Shown: positions 39,348 to 50,414, numbered from the stretch's first letter. The stretch: 64,000 bases of DNA from an uncultured Gammaproteobacteria bacterium (GCA_937801655.1 CALMWC010000005.1:1811-65810), one strand, 5' to 3'. Notes: generated by a model not told the origin, from the sequence alone. Numbers and translations: made by a program.

Positions 39348-39414
39348 ATAGAGAAAAAAGATAAGGATGATTCTGCTTAAATACTTTTTCTCTAAATCTT
39401 GATTAATAGTTATC

Positions 39415-39921
39415 ATGCAAAGTGATAAGAAAATCAATATAGGAAAGATAATAGGTTCACATGGGATAAAAGGATGGCTCAAAATTCTTTCTTTTACTTC
39501 TCCACCTGAAAACATCTTCAATTATCAATCTTTAATTATTTCCAATGAAAATATGGAAGAAAAATTTAATATTGAAAATTCAAGAAAACAGGGTAAAAAG
39601 ATACTAATTAAGCTAGATGGTATTGATGACAGGACTTCAGCGGAAACACTAAAAGAATCAAAAATTCATATATTAAGATTAGATCTTCCAGAACTATCAA
39701 AAGATACATACTATTGGGAAGACTTATTGGGCTTTGATGTATTTAATCAAAATAATATCAAGCTAGGTCTTGTAGATTCATTTATTGAGACGGGTTCTAA
39801 TGATGTCTTAGTTGTTAAGAATGAAAAGAAAAAAAATATTTTAATTCCTTTTCTAATGAATAAAACCATCAAAGAGGTTAATTTAGAAACTAAATTAATT
39901 ATCGTTGAGTGGGAGGAGTAA
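39415..39921 (+). CDS. rimM: 16S rRNA processing protein RimM
   Basis: IGKIIGSHGIKGWLKI start and PRC-barrel C-terminus. Positioned between rpsP and trmD. Confidence 0.85.
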   Translation: MQSDKKINIGKIIGSHGIKGWLKILSFTSPPENIFNYQSLIISNENMEEKFNIENSRKQGKKILIKLDGIDDRTSAETLKESKIHILRLDLPELSKDTYYWEDLLGFDVFNQNNIKLGLVDSFIETGSNDVLVVKNEKKKNILIPFLMNKTIKEVNLETKLIIVEWEE

Positions 39922-39928
39922 TTAATAA

Positions 39929-40672
39929 ATGAAATTTACACTAATCACATTATTCCCAGATGAAATCAGTTCATCAATTTCTTTTGGAATATTAGGAAGA
40001 GCAATTAAAAATAAAGTTATAGAAGTTGATTATATATCTTTACGAGATTACTCAGATAATAAATACCAATCTATAGATGACAAGCCATATGGGGGTGGAC
40101 CTGGCATGTTGATTCAGGCTGAACCATTAATTAAAGCCATTAATAAGGTAAGGTCTGAAAGTAATAAAAATATTCCAGTTATTTTTTTAACTCCACAAGG
40201 TAAGTTATTTACCCAGAAAACAGCAAAAGCTTATAGTCAGATCAATCAATTAATAATTGTTTCAGGAAGATATGAAGGCTTTGATGAGAGAGTTCATGAA
40301 TTAGTTGATAATTCTAGTGAGATTTCAATCGGCGATTACGTAATTAGTGGGGGAGAAATAGCAACTGCAGTAATAATAGACGCAATCACTAGGTTGCTAC
40401 CTGGAGCTTTAGGCGATGAAAATTCAGCAAAACAAGATTCATTTTCAGAAGGTCTGCTTGATTATCCTCATTATACTCGTCCTGAAGAAGTTGAAGGTAT
40501 AAAAGTACCAGAGGTATTGTTAAGCGGTAACCATAATGCAATAAATCAATGGAGATTTAAGCAATCCATTGGTAAGACATTTGATAAGAGACCAGATTTG
40601 ATAAAAAAAAGAAATCTTACAGACGAAGAGGAAGAGATACTTAATGAATATATTAAAGATAATAAGGAATAA
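39929..40672 (+). CDS. trmD: tRNA (guanine37-N1)-methyltransferase
   Basis: DDKPYGGGPGM, SGRYEGFDERV and IGDYVISGGE motifs. Confidence 0.9.
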   Translation: MKFTLITLFPDEISSSISFGILGRAIKNKVIEVDYISLRDYSDNKYQSIDDKPYGGGPGMLIQAEPLIKAINKVRSESNKNIPVIFLTPQGKLFTQKTAKAYSQINQLIIVSGRYEGFDERVHELVDNSSEISIGDYVISGGEIATAVIIDAITRLLPGALGDENSAKQDSFSEGLLDYPHYTRPEEVEGIKVPEVLLSGNHNAINQWRFKQSIGKTFDKRPDLIKKRNLTDEEEEILNEYIKDNKE

Positions 40673-40740
40673 GTATGAAAAATATTATTTATTTATATAT
40701 AATTGCGACCTTAAATTAAGCAAACACTATTTTTAAGAAA

Positions 40741-41082
40741 ATGAACATCATAGAGCAAATTGAAAAAGAACAACTTAGAGATGATATTCCTGACTTCAGT
40801 CCTGGGGATACTATAGCAGTCCAGGTTAGAGTTAGAGAAGGTGAGAAGGAACGACTACAAATCTTCGAAGGTGTTGTCATTGCGAAAAGAAATAGAGGTC
40901 TAAATTCTGCATTTACTGTTAGAAAAATTTCAAATGGTGAAGGAGTAGAAAGAGTCTTTCAAACTCATAGTAAACTTATCACAGAGATAAAAGTAAAAAG
41001 AAGAGGGGATGTAAGAAGAGCTAAGTTATATTACCTCAGAGAAAGAAGTGGTAAATCTGCAAGAATTAAAGAAAAAATTTAA
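40741..41082 (+). CDS. rplS: 50S ribosomal protein L19
   Basis: [35 protein letters not shown] matches the L19 core. Confidence 0.9.
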   Translation: MNIIEQIEKEQLRDDIPDFSPGDTIAVQVRVREGEKERLQIFEGVVIAKRNRGLNSAFTVRKISNGEGVERVFQTHSKLITEIKVKRRGDVRRAKLYYLRERSGKSARIKEKI

Positions 41083-42175
41083 GAATTCAATATTATTCAG
41101 AATCAATGCCTTTGCTTGCTTCAGCTTAATTCTATTTTCCACAAGCATTAAAGCATTTGATATTCCTGATATTAAACTTCCAGATGGTTTTCATATATCT
41201 GTACTAACAAGTGAGACACCTGGTGCTAGATCTATGGCATTAGGCAATAACACTCTGTTTGTATCCACAAGGAGGGAAGGTAAGATTTATGCCGTTACAA
41301 ACTATTTAGATCAGCCAAAAGTAACTGTTATTGTTGATAATTTGTATATGCCTAATGGCATTGCTTTTAAGAATGGTGATTTATACGTTGCAGAAATTCA
41401 TCGGTTACTAAAATTTGAAAACATAGAATCAAATATAGATGATGCAAAATACACTATTATTAGCGATGAATTTCCCACAGATCAGCACCATGGTTGGCGC
41501 TACATAACTTTTGGTCCTGATGAAAAACTCTATATACCCATAGGATCTCCTTGTAATTATTGTGATGAACCTGATTATGGAGTCATTACGAGGGTTAATA
41601 AGGATGGTAGCAATAAGACAATAGTAGCCCGTGGTATGAGGAATACTGTGGGAATAACATTTCATCCAAAAACTAATGAATTATGGTTTACTGACAATGG
41701 AAGAGACATGCTTGGTGATGACATCCCACCAGGAGAACTGAATAGAGTGTCATACAATGGACAGCACTTTGGTTTTCCATTCTGTCATGGTAAAAATATT
41801 AAAGATCCAATTTTAGGAAATTTAGGTAGTTGCGAAGAATCCACAGGCCCTGTTCAGGAGTTAGATGCTCATGTTGCTCCCTTAGGTCTCAAATTTTATA
41901 CAGGTTCACAATTCCCAAATGAGTATAAAAACCAGATATTTATTCCTGAACATGGTTCATGGAATCGTACTAAGAAAAGTGGGTATCGCATTACTGTAGT
42001 TAAACTTGATGGAAATAATGCCATCTCTTATGAAACTTTTGCAGATGGATGGATGAAAGATGAAACAACCATGGGACGACCAGTTGATATAGCAATTACT
42101 AACGATGGATCTATGCTGGTTTCTGATGACCATAATGGCGTGATATACAGAATCACCTATAATGAAAAAGAATAA
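41048..42175 (+). CDS. exported PQQ-dependent sugar/sorbosone dehydrogenase-like beta-propeller protein
   Basis: Signal peptide and blocks [37 protein letters not shown] and HFGFPFCHG, typical of soluble aldose/sorbosone dehydrogenases. The start is uncertain because it overlaps rplS. Confidence 0.65.
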   Translation: MVNLQELKKKFKNSILFRINAFACFSLILFSTSIKAFDIPDIKLPDGFHISVLTSETPGARSMALGNNTLFVSTRREGKIYAVTNYLDQPKVTVIVDNLYMPNGIAFKNGDLYVAEIHRLLKFENIESNIDDAKYTIISDEFPTDQHHGWRYITFGPDEKLYIPIGSPCNYCDEPDYGVITRVNKDGSNKTIVARGMRNTVGITFHPKTNELWFTDNGRDMLGDDIPPGELNRVSYNGQHFGFPFCHGKNIKDPILGNLGSCEESTGPVQELDAHVAPLGLKFYTGSQFPNEYKNQIFIPEHGSWNRTKKSGYRITVVKLDGNNAISYETFADGWMKDETTMGRPVDIAITNDGSMLVSDDHNGVIYRITYNEKE

Positions 42176-42320
42176 ATTATGAAGATACATAAAGAAATGT
42201 ATTTCCATAGTAGTTTAAACGCTATCATTTCATTTCAATTGCAACCTTTTTCAAATAAGCAAGGTGTATATGTTTGAAAAAACAATATTTAAACTAAGTT
42301 AAGAGAGGAATAACCTAAAC

Positions 42321-44174
42321 ATGAAAAAAATATTTAAGAAATTGGGTGTCTTCTTAGATGCCACATTACTTTTTACTAAAAGAGCATTTGTATTTATTAT
42401 TTTACTTTTGATTGTAGTAGGTATCTTTTCTGGTGGAGGATCAAACGATGATATTTCTAAGATTCCTGAAAATGCTATCTTGAATGTAAATATACAAGGA
42501 GTGCTTGTTGAAGAACTATCAACTAGTGATTTTGAAAGAGCCATTGCGGATTTTACGGATCAACCCTTATTGGGTGAGACATTGGTAACTGATGTTATTG
42601 ATGTTATCACTGCTGCAAAGACTGATGATTCAATAAAATATCTAATGCTTGATTTTGATAATTTTACAGGTGGCAGCCCATCCAAACTGCAAACAGTAGC
42701 AGCAGCTATTGATGATTTCAAAGAATCTGAGAAAAAAGTCATTGCATATTCCAGTCTTGGTTATGGCATGAGTTCTTATTATCTTGCTTCTCATGCTGAT
42801 GAAATTCATATGCATGATTATGCTCAACTTTTCATAGAAGGTTATCGATCTTATAGAACCTACTATAAGTCTTTTTTTGACAAATTCTTTATTGATGCAA
42901 ACGTTTTTAAAGTAGGTACACACAAGGCATTTGTAGAACCTTATTTTAGAGACAATATGTCAGAAGAAGCCAAGGGTAATATTATTGAATGGATGACCGT
43001 TCTTTGGGACAGTTATTTAGATGATGTTTCTAAGGCCAGAAAAATAGATGTAGGTTCTTTTACAAACTATATTAATTCTTTAGATACTGCACTGAAGGAG
43101 AATGAAGGAGATGCTGGTTTGACAGCTCTTAATTTTGGACTTGTAGACCAATTAACTAATAAAAGACAATTCAGAGATTATTTATTTTCATTGTCTGGTG
43201 ATGAAGAAGATAATTCTATTAATACAATTGGCATGAGGAGATACTCTAACATAATAAACAACGATCAATCTTCGGCCATTGAAGATGAGTCTAATATAGC
43301 AGTTATTGTAGCTAGTGGAGGCATCATTAATGGTAAAGGTGGACCTGGTACAATTGCAGATGAAGACTTCGTAACTTTGATTAGAAAAGCCTATGATGAT
43401 GAATCTATTAAAGCACTTGTGCTTAGAGTTGATAGCGGTGGTGGAAGTGCTTATGCTTCAGAAGTTATAGCTGATGAGCTTGAAAAATTTAAAGAAAGTG
43501 GCAGACCAATAGTAGCTTCAATGGGAGGAGTCGCAGCATCTGGTGGATATTATATTTCAGCTCCTGCAGATAAGATATACGCAGAGAAAGCAACCATTAC
43601 AGGATCAATAGGAGTTGGTGGTTTTATCCCAACATTTGAAAGAGCTTTTGATCAATTGGGTATTCATGAAGATGGTTATTCAACTGTTGATATAACTACC
43701 TCCGTATTGCAAACACTTACAGAAAAAGACAAATTAATCTTGCAAATGAGCACAGAAAATATCTATCAAAAATTTATTTCTAAAGTTTCTCAAAATAGAA
43801 ATATGACAATAGAAGAAGTAGATAAGATAGCTCAAGGCAAAGTATGGATTGGTGAAAAAGCTTTAGAAATTGGATTAGTAGATGCCATAGGCAATCAAGA
43901 AGATGCAATTAAAGCAGCTGCCGATCTTGCTGAATTGAATGAGGATTATGGAATCACTATGATAAAAAGAGATGATCCATTTTCAACATTTGCTGCATCT
44001 TTTAGTTTTAAGGTTTTAACCAAGATGCTGACATTAATGAGTTATATGGGTTTTTCTATACCTACAATTATTGATCATCCTTTAATTAATTGGGTAGCAA
44101 TGCAATCTGAAGAATTAGTTCAGTTTAATGATCCAAGAGGAATTTATCTTAATTGTTTTTGTGAGATCGAGTAA
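42321..44174 (+). CDS. sppA: signal peptide peptidase SppA (67K type, two S49 domains)
   Basis: N-terminal TM segment and duplicated ClpP/S49 folds. The second carries the SGGGSAYASE...MGGVAASGGYYIS serine region. Confidence 0.85.
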   Translation: MKKIFKKLGVFLDATLLFTKRAFVFIILLLIVVGIFSGGGSNDDISKIPENAILNVNIQGVLVEELSTSDFERAIADFTDQPLLGETLVTDVIDVITAAKTDDSIKYLMLDFDNFTGGSPSKLQTVAAAIDDFKESEKKVIAYSSLGYGMSSYYLASHADEIHMHDYAQLFIEGYRSYRTYYKSFFDKFFIDANVFKVGTHKAFVEPYFRDNMSEEAKGNIIEWMTVLWDSYLDDVSKARKIDVGSFTNYINSLDTALKENEGDAGLTALNFGLVDQLTNKRQFRDYLFSLSGDEEDNSINTIGMRRYSNIINNDQSSAIEDESNIAVIVASGGIINGKGGPGTIADEDFVTLIRKAYDDESIKALVLRVDSGGGSAYASEVIADELEKFKESGRPIVASMGGVAASGGYYISAPADKIYAEKATITGSIGVGGFIPTFERAFDQLGIHEDGYSTVDITTSVLQTLTEKDKLILQMSTENIYQKFISKVSQNRNMTIEEVDKIAQGKVWIGEKALEIGLVDAIGNQEDAIKAAADLAELNEDYGITMIKRDDPFSTFAASFSFKVLTKMLTLMSYMGFSIPTIIDHPLINWVAMQSEELVQFNDPRGIYLNCFCEIE

Positions 44175-44177
44175 TAA

Positions 44178-44726
44178 TTAGACCAATCCAGCTTCTAGTC
44201 TAGCTGCTTCAGACATCATTTCCATGCTCCAAGGTGGGTCTAGAACCAACTCAACCTCTACTGTTAAGATTCTAGGCAACAAATTAACTCTTTCTTTTAT
44301 ATCTTCAACTAGAACATCTGCCATTCCACAACCAGGAGCTGTTAAGGTCATATCGACCTTAATTATATACCTGTCATTAGTATCTTTGGTGATATCACAA
44401 TTGTATATTAAACCCAGATCAACCACGTTAATAGGTATTTCAGGATCATATACAGTTCTCATCTGTTTCCAAACTTCATCTTCAAATTCACTGTCTGAAA
44501 TATTTTCTGATATGACAGGAGGCTTTTCTGGCTCTTTACCAATAGCATCAGCATTTATACCATTAATTCTAAACATACCTTCTGTTGCATAAATCGTATA
44601 GGAACCTCCCATAGCTTGCATAATTTGTACTTCAGAACCTTGTTTGAGTATTTGTTTCTCTCCAAAAGGAACTGATATTGCCTCACAGTCTCTGGTCAGA
44701 TTGATTATTTCATCATTATCTAGCAT
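44178..44726 (-). CDS. sufT: Fe-S assembly protein SufT-like (DUF59 with N-terminal extension)
   Basis: DUF59 block VYDPEIPINVVDLGLIY...TLTAPGCGM. Last gene of the suf operon. Confidence 0.65.
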   Translation of the reverse strand: MLDNDEIINLTRDCEAISVPFGEKQILKQGSEVQIMQAMGGSYTIYATEGMFRINGINADAIGKEPEKPPVISENISDSEFEDEVWKQMRTVYDPEIPINVVDLGLIYNCDITKDTNDRYIIKVDMTLTAPGCGMADVLVEDIKERVNLLPRILTVEVELVLDPPWSMEMMSEAARLEAGLV

Positions 44727-45159
44727 TATTTTTCATATTATTTATAAGTCTCATAGCAGTTTCCCATGGTAGAAGTGCACATTTTAATCTGGAGGGAAAT
44801 TTTTTAATTTGATTGAGTGTCATTAAGTCATTAGAAAAGAAATCATTTTTTAAGTTACCATTATGGATCCCAATCATTGCATTATCTATGGATGTTGCAA
44901 CATTCTCCAGATGTTTATTGTTTAACTCTTCTGTCATCAACGATCCTGAAGCTTTGCAAACAATGCAACCTACGCTGACAAACGAAAAGTTAATTAACTT
45001 GTTTTCCATGCGTCTAAAATAAATATTGACCTTATCACCGCATAGAGCATTAAATCCCTCTTCAGTATGCTCGTATTCTTGAGGTTTACCAAAATTTAAA
45101 GGATTATTACCATGTTGAATCATAGTTTTTTGGTAGAGATTCTGTAACTCCATATTCAT
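44716..45159 (-). CDS. sufU: SufU/IscU-like Fe-S sulfur-transfer/scaffold protein
   Basis: NifU_N-type cysteines in NALCGDKV, GCIVCKASG and KCALLPW. Confidence 0.75.
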   Translation of the reverse strand: MNMELQNLYQKTMIQHGNNPLNFGKPQEYEHTEEGFNALCGDKVNIYFRRMENKLINFSFVSVGCIVCKASGSLMTEELNNKHLENVATSIDNAMIGIHNGNLKNDFFSNDLMTLNQIKKFPSRLKCALLPWETAMRLINNMKNNAR

Positions 45160-46394
45160 TAACCAAGCATCTCACATGCAGTTTGTAATGCAGCAACCAT
45201 TTCATCAACTTCACTTTCAGTGTTATAAAAACTAAATGAAGCACGAATGGTTCCTGGTATTTCATAAAAATCCATTAAAGGCATTGTACAATGATGACCA
45301 GTCCTCATTGCTATGCCTCTCTGATTTAATATTGTTCCAATATCATGAGGGTGAATATTTTCAATTGTAAATGAGATGATGGAAGATCTATTCTCACTAT
45401 TACCTATTAATTTAATGTTTGATAAATCTTTTAGTTTCTTAAGACTATATTCTGTAACAACATTTTCTTGTTTTACACATGCATTGAGATTTATAGATTC
45501 TATATATTCAATCGCTTTTCCTAAACCAATAGCAGCAGCTATGTTTGGAGTACCAGCTTCGAATTTATAAGGCAGTGAGTTGTATGTTGTTTCATCAAAT
45601 GTAACCTTCAATATCATTTCGCCACCAAATTGATAAGGTTCCAGTTCATTTAGGAGATCTTCTTTTCCATATAAGACACCAATACCTGTAGGACCATAGA
45701 GTTTATGACCAGAAAAAGCATAAAAATCACAATCAAGGTCTTGAACATCTATATTTTGATGCCCAATGGCTTGGGCACCATCTATTAGAACTTTTATATT
45801 TAAATGATGAGCCATAGTAATTATTTCTTTTATAGGATTGATTGTTCCTAATGTGTTTGATGTATGGGTCAGAGCTAGAATTTTGGTATCTTTACACAAC
45901 AATCTTTCTAATTCATCAATTATCAATTCTCCATTATCATCAATCGGAGCTACTTTTAAAGAAGCGCCTGTTCTTCTACATAGTTCTTGCCATGGAACAA
46001 TATTAGAGTGATGCTCCATTGTTGTAATAACTATTTCATCTGATGGTTGGATTGATTTTGTCAGTGAGCTTGCAACAAGGTTAATTGAATCAGTAGTGCC
46101 TTTAGTAAATATAATCTCATCAGTGCTATTGGCATTAATATAATCTGCAACTTTCTTTCTCGAAGCTTCATAGAGATCCGTAGCTCTTATACTTAAGCTA
46201 TGCACACCTCTATGAACATTTGAATGATCATTTTCGTAATAGGATTTAATTGCATCTATTACAGCCTTTGGTTTTTGTGTGGAAGCTGCATTATCAAAGT
46301 AAATCAATGGCGCACCATTGATCTCTTGGTCCAGTATCGGGAAGTCTTTTCTAATCTCATCTATATTGAATATATTTTTATTACTTGAAGGCAT
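45159..46394 (-). CDS. sufS: cysteine desulfurase SufS
   Basis: PLP-Lys region FSGHKLYGPTGIG and active-site Cys loop RTGHHCTMPL. Confidence 0.9.
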   Translation of the reverse strand: MPSSNKNIFNIDEIRKDFPILDQEINGAPLIYFDNAASTQKPKAVIDAIKSYYENDHSNVHRGVHSLSIRATDLYEASRKKVADYINANSTDEIIFTKGTTDSINLVASSLTKSIQPSDEIVITTMEHHSNIVPWQELCRRTGASLKVAPIDDNGELIIDELERLLCKDTKILALTHTSNTLGTINPIKEIITMAHHLNIKVLIDGAQAIGHQNIDVQDLDCDFYAFSGHKLYGPTGIGVLYGKEDLLNELEPYQFGGEMILKVTFDETTYNSLPYKFEAGTPNIAAAIGLGKAIEYIESINLNACVKQENVVTEYSLKKLKDLSNIKLIGNSENRSSIISFTIENIHPHDIGTILNQRGIAMRTGHHCTMPLMDFYEIPGTIRASFSFYNTESEVDEMVAALQTACEMLG

Positions 46395-46399
46395 AATGT

Positions 46400-47671
46400 T
46401 TAGTTTATCTTTAATGATTTAAGCAGATGATTATTAAAAGTCTCTCTCATGTTAGCGTGTTTAATCTTATCTATAATTTTTGCAGCAAAAGATTGAACTA
46501 AAAACATTTTCGCACTTTTTTCATCTATGCCTCTGGATTTAATATAGAAGATTTTATCATCATCAAGATTTCCAGAAGTTGCACTATGAGAACATTCAAC
46601 ATCATCATTGTAGATTTCAAGTATTGGTTTTGTAGAAATTTTTGCATAATCAGATAGTAATAGATTCTGATTGCTCATATTTGCTATCGTTTGTGATGAA
46701 TTTTTATGTACTTTAACTTTTCCAAAAAAGACACCTGCAGAACTATCATCCAGTATTCCTCTGAAGTCAAGCGAGCTTTTAGTTCCTTTTGCATTGTGAT
46801 TAATCTTCAGTTGATTACCTGAATGCAGAGCTTCCGATGGTGTAAATAAGGCGTTAATGACAATTGCACTATTGTCACCGTTGAGCTCTACATCAATATT
46901 TGATCTAGAGGTGTCAGCACCTGAGTCTAGAGAGAACAAATTGACACAACTATTTTCACCAATATTTATTTTTTGAGACGTTAAGTCATGACTATGAATT
47001 TGTTTATCAATAAGTTTGAAATAGTCCAATGTTGAGTTTTCTTCCAAATGGATATCAATATTATTATTGAGTACTGAAGATTCTGAGGCTTGATGATGTT
47101 CAAAAACTTTTAGGGAGCTATTGCTCGCAAGTTTTACTGAGATTCTCGGACTCAATGCACAATCTTTATGAGATAGATTTATAATTCGTATCATCTTATC
47201 TATTTTCTGATTATTCTTTGTCTCTATGGAGAGCATGTCTGATAAAAGAATTGTATTCAGATCATTAATCAGACAATCTTTTACTTTATTATCATCGTAA
47301 ATTTTACTCTCAAAATAAGGATGGTCTTGGCTGATCTTCAATGTAGTAATATAAGAAGGAAGTTCACCTTGATGATAGTAGGTGCCATTATAAAAGTAGA
47401 TGTGAATGTCATCATCAATGGATTCATTTTTATCAAACACATAAGATAATGTTTTATTTTCTTTAGCTTTTAAGAAAAATTGATTCACAGCTTCAGAGAT
47501 TTTTGTATAACGCCATTCTTCTTTTTTATTACTGGGAATAGGGCGTTCTAATAACTTTAGATACGACTCTTTATTGTATCCATTGAGCCATGAATTTTCT
47601 TGATTAATAGTTGAAAAGTAGTCCAAGTCATTGGGACTCACCAATTCTTTAATTATTCGTTCGTTAGCCAT
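46400..47671 (-). CDS. sufD: Fe-S cluster assembly protein SufD
   Basis: SufB/D beta-helix C-terminal region. Positioned between sufC and sufS. Confidence 0.85.
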   Translation of the reverse strand: MANERIIKELVSPNDLDYFSTINQENSWLNGYNKESYLKLLERPIPSNKKEEWRYTKISEAVNQFFLKAKENKTLSYVFDKNESIDDDIHIYFYNGTYYHQGELPSYITTLKISQDHPYFESKIYDDNKVKDCLINDLNTILLSDMLSIETKNNQKIDKMIRIINLSHKDCALSPRISVKLASNSSLKVFEHHQASESSVLNNNIDIHLEENSTLDYFKLIDKQIHSHDLTSQKINIGENSCVNLFSLDSGADTSRSNIDVELNGDNSAIVINALFTPSEALHSGNQLKINHNAKGTKSSLDFRGILDDSSAGVFFGKVKVHKNSSQTIANMSNQNLLLSDYAKISTKPILEIYNDDVECSHSATSGNLDDDKIFYIKSRGIDEKSAKMFLVQSFAAKIIDKIKHANMRETFNNHLLKSLKIN

Positions 47672-48414
47672 TCGTATCCTTTTTCTTCCAATTCTCTTGC
47701 CAGCATATGATCACCCGACTTTATAATTGTGCCATTGTGAAAAACATGCACGACATCAGGTTTAATGTATTTAAGCAAACGTTCATAATGAGTAATGACT
47801 ATGGAAGATGTATTTGCACCCAACATTGAATTAATACCCTTTGAAACAATTTTCATTGAATCAATATCTAATCCTGAGTCAGTTTCATCCAATACTGAGA
47901 GCGTTGGCTTAAGCATTAGCATTTGTAAAATCTCATTTCTCTTTTTTTCACCACCCGAGTATCCTTCATTCACTCCTCGACTCAAGAACGATTGATTGAT
48001 TCCCATCATATCTGCATTTTCTTTAAGCTCTTTAATGAAGTCTGTAGCAGACACATCCTTTAATTCTTGGTGTTTATTTTTAGCATTAATGGCAGCTTTT
48101 AAAAACACTGAATTAGATAGACCTGGTATTTCTATGGGGTATTGAAAGCCTAGGAAAAGGCCTTCATTAGATCGTTCTTCAACAGGCAATGTTAGTAGAT
48201 CAATGTCTTTATATTTGATACTGCCTTTAGTTATTTCACAATCAGGATGACCAGCTAAGGCTTTTGCAAGTGTGCTTTTTCCAGATCCATTTGGACCCAT
48301 AATTGCATGAGTTTCTCCATAATGGATCGTAAGATTCAGATTCTTAATTATATTTTTATCGCCGATTGAGGCATCTAAGTTTTCAATCGATAGTAATGTT
48401 TTTTTTGTACTCAT
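47653..48414 (-). CDS. sufC: Fe-S cluster assembly ATPase SufC
   Basis: Walker A GPNGSGKST, signature SGGEKKR, Walker B LSVLDETDSGLD. I prefer the ATG at 48414 over the TTG at 48426. Confidence 0.9.
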   Translation of the reverse strand: MSTKKTLLSIENLDASIGDKNIIKNLNLTIHYGETHAIMGPNGSGKSTLAKALAGHPDCEITKGSIKYKDIDLLTLPVEERSNEGLFLGFQYPIEIPGLSNSVFLKAAINAKNKHQELKDVSATDFIKELKENADMMGINQSFLSRGVNEGYSGGEKKRNEILQMLMLKPTLSVLDETDSGLDIDSMKIVSKGINSMLGANTSSIVITHYERLLKYIKPDVVHVFHNGTIIKSGDHMLARELEEKGYEWLTNE

Positions 48415-48458
48415 AAAATAAATCAACCCTCATTAATTATTTTAGAAAAAAGAATTAG

Positions 48459-49919
48459 TTAACCAACAGCTCCCTCTAAATTTACTTGAAGCAAGGCTCT
48501 TGCCTCGACTGCAAATTCCATAGGTAATTCATTTAAAACCTCTTTACAGAACCCACTAATTATCAATCCTATGGCGTCTTCTTCATTGATACCTCTTTGC
48601 ATGCAATAGAAGAGTTGATCATCCGAGATCTTAGAAGTTGTAGCCTCATGTTCTAAAATTGATGAAGAATTATTGACACCTATGGATGGAAATGTATGTG
48701 CTCCACATTTATCACCAATCAATAAAGAATCACATTGTGTATAGTTTCTTGAATGATCAGCGTTCTTAGCTATTGTCACAAGACCTCTATACGTATTCTG
48801 TGCTTTCTTCGCAGATATTCCTTTGCTGATGATTTTACTCTTTGTATTTTTTCCAAGGTGAATCATTTTTGTTCCTGTATCGGCTTGCTGATGATGATTT
48901 GACAATGCAATGGAGTAAAATTCACCAATAGAATTGTCTCCTCTTAAGAGACAACTTGGATATTTCCATGTAACTGAAGAACCAGTTTCTATTTGAGTCC
49001 AAGAGATTTTAGAATTTTTACCACGACAGTCACCACGTTTTGTTACAAAATTATAGATACCGCCCTTGCCATCTTCATCTCCAGGGTACCAATTTTGAAC
49101 CGTTGAATATTTTATTTCAGCATCATCTAAAGCAACTAATTCTACAACAGCAGCATGGAGTTGATTCTCATCTCTCATAGGGGCTGTGCATCCTTCTAAG
49201 TAACTTACATGACTCCCTTCATCAGCGACAATCAAGGTTCGTTCAAATTGTCCAGTATTAGCTTCATTGATTCTAAAGTAGGTAGAGAGTTCCATTGGGC
49301 ACCTAACACCCTTAGGGATATAAACAAAGGATCCATCAGTAAATACAGCAGCATTGAGTGCAGCAAAATAATTATCACGGTAAGGGACAACCTTGCCAAG
49401 ATATTTCTTTATTAACTCTGGATGATCTTTTACCGCTTCTGAGAAAGAAGAGAATATAACTCCTGCCTCTAATAATTTTTTCTTGAAGGTTGTTGCTACT
49501 GAGACACTATCGAAAACTGCATCCACTGCAACACCAGCTAATTTAGCTCTTTCATGTAGTGGAATACCTAGTTTTTCGTAAGTTTCAAGTAATTTAGGAT
49601 CCACATCATCAAGCGACTTAGGTGCATTTTCTAGTTTTGGTGCAGAAAAGTACGATATGTTTTGGTAATTGATTTTATCAATATTTAAATGTCCCCATTC
49701 AGGTTCTTTCAATTTAGACCAATGTCTAAAAGCCTTAAGCCGCCAATCCAATAAGAATTGAGGTTCATCTTTCTTTTTAGAAATTAATCGGATGACATCT
49801 TCATTTAGTCCAGGAGCAATAGTTTCAGACTCAATATCAGTTGTAAATCCATATTCATAGTTTTTCTCAATTAGATTATCTATTTCAGGGTTGCTTACTT
49901 GATTGTTTTCTGGATCCAT
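48459..49919 (-). CDS. sufB: Fe-S cluster assembly scaffold SufB
   Basis: Full-length SufB with conserved blocks throughout ([33 protein letters not shown]). Confidence 0.95.
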   Translation of the reverse strand: MDPENNQVSNPEIDNLIEKNYEYGFTTDIESETIAPGLNEDVIRLISKKKDEPQFLLDWRLKAFRHWSKLKEPEWGHLNIDKINYQNISYFSAPKLENAPKSLDDVDPKLLETYEKLGIPLHERAKLAGVAVDAVFDSVSVATTFKKKLLEAGVIFSSFSEAVKDHPELIKKYLGKVVPYRDNYFAALNAAVFTDGSFVYIPKGVRCPMELSTYFRINEANTGQFERTLIVADEGSHVSYLEGCTAPMRDENQLHAAVVELVALDDAEIKYSTVQNWYPGDEDGKGGIYNFVTKRGDCRGKNSKISWTQIETGSSVTWKYPSCLLRGDNSIGEFYSIALSNHHQQADTGTKMIHLGKNTKSKIISKGISAKKAQNTYRGLVTIAKNADHSRNYTQCDSLLIGDKCGAHTFPSIGVNNSSSILEHEATTSKISDDQLFYCMQRGINEEDAIGLIISGFCKEVLNELPMEFAVEARALLQVNLEGAVG

Positions 49920-50389
49920 TAATTGACTCCTTTTACTGAAGATTGGATTGGAATATTAATGCTGAGATACTGTTCAATATTTTTAGGTCTAATTAAGTCT
50001 AGAAGTGTAATCTGATTTAATGAACCGATTATAGTTTCATTGATTAATTGCCATGCATTTCCAATCTGACAATAGTCTTCCACACTGCACTTACTGTCTT
50101 TGTTTTTACTAGTACATTGAGTGAGTGATAAATCACCTTCCAGTGCTTGAAGAATGACCGCGATGCTTGTCTTTTTTGTTTCATCGTTCAACGTATAGCC
50201 ACCCATAACACCTTGTTTAGAAATAACCAAATCTTTCTTATGTAATTTTTTTAATAACTTCTGTACGGAAGGTAGGGCAACATGTGTGGTCGATGAAATT
50301 TCTTTTGCTGTAAGATACTCATTATTATGCATTGCTAAATTAGCTAAAATCAGCATTCCATAATCTGTCATTTTATTTATTCTAAGCAT
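49919..50389 (-). CDS. iscR: Rrf2-family (IscR-like) transcriptional regulator
   Basis: Rrf2 wHTH ([13 protein letters not shown]...[23 protein letters not shown]) and three clustered Cys (C-x8-C-x5-C). First gene of the suf operon. Confidence 0.75.
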   Translation of the reverse strand: MLRINKMTDYGMLILANLAMHNNEYLTAKEISSTTHVALPSVQKLLKKLHKKDLVISKQGVMGGYTLNDETKKTSIAVILQALEGDLSLTQCTSKNKDSKCSVEDYCQIGNAWQLINETIIGSLNQITLLDLIRPKNIEQYLSINIPIQSSVKGVN

Positions 50390-50414
50390 TATATTATTGT
50401 TTAAAATCTATGTG

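Noticed and set aside
39309-39521. 70-aa minus-strand ORF spanning the end of the rpsP repeat and the rimM start.
   Set aside because: It overlaps two well-supported plus-strand genes and the repeat, so it is most likely fortuitous.
44224-44592. 122-aa plus-strand ORF antisense to sufT. The same applies to 53578..53919 antisense to bepA, 38200..38553 antisense to the CNNM gene, and many 60-90-aa antisense ORFs in the track.
   Set aside because: All are shadow ORFs opposite conserved genes. None has a recognisable motif or free-standing intergenic context.
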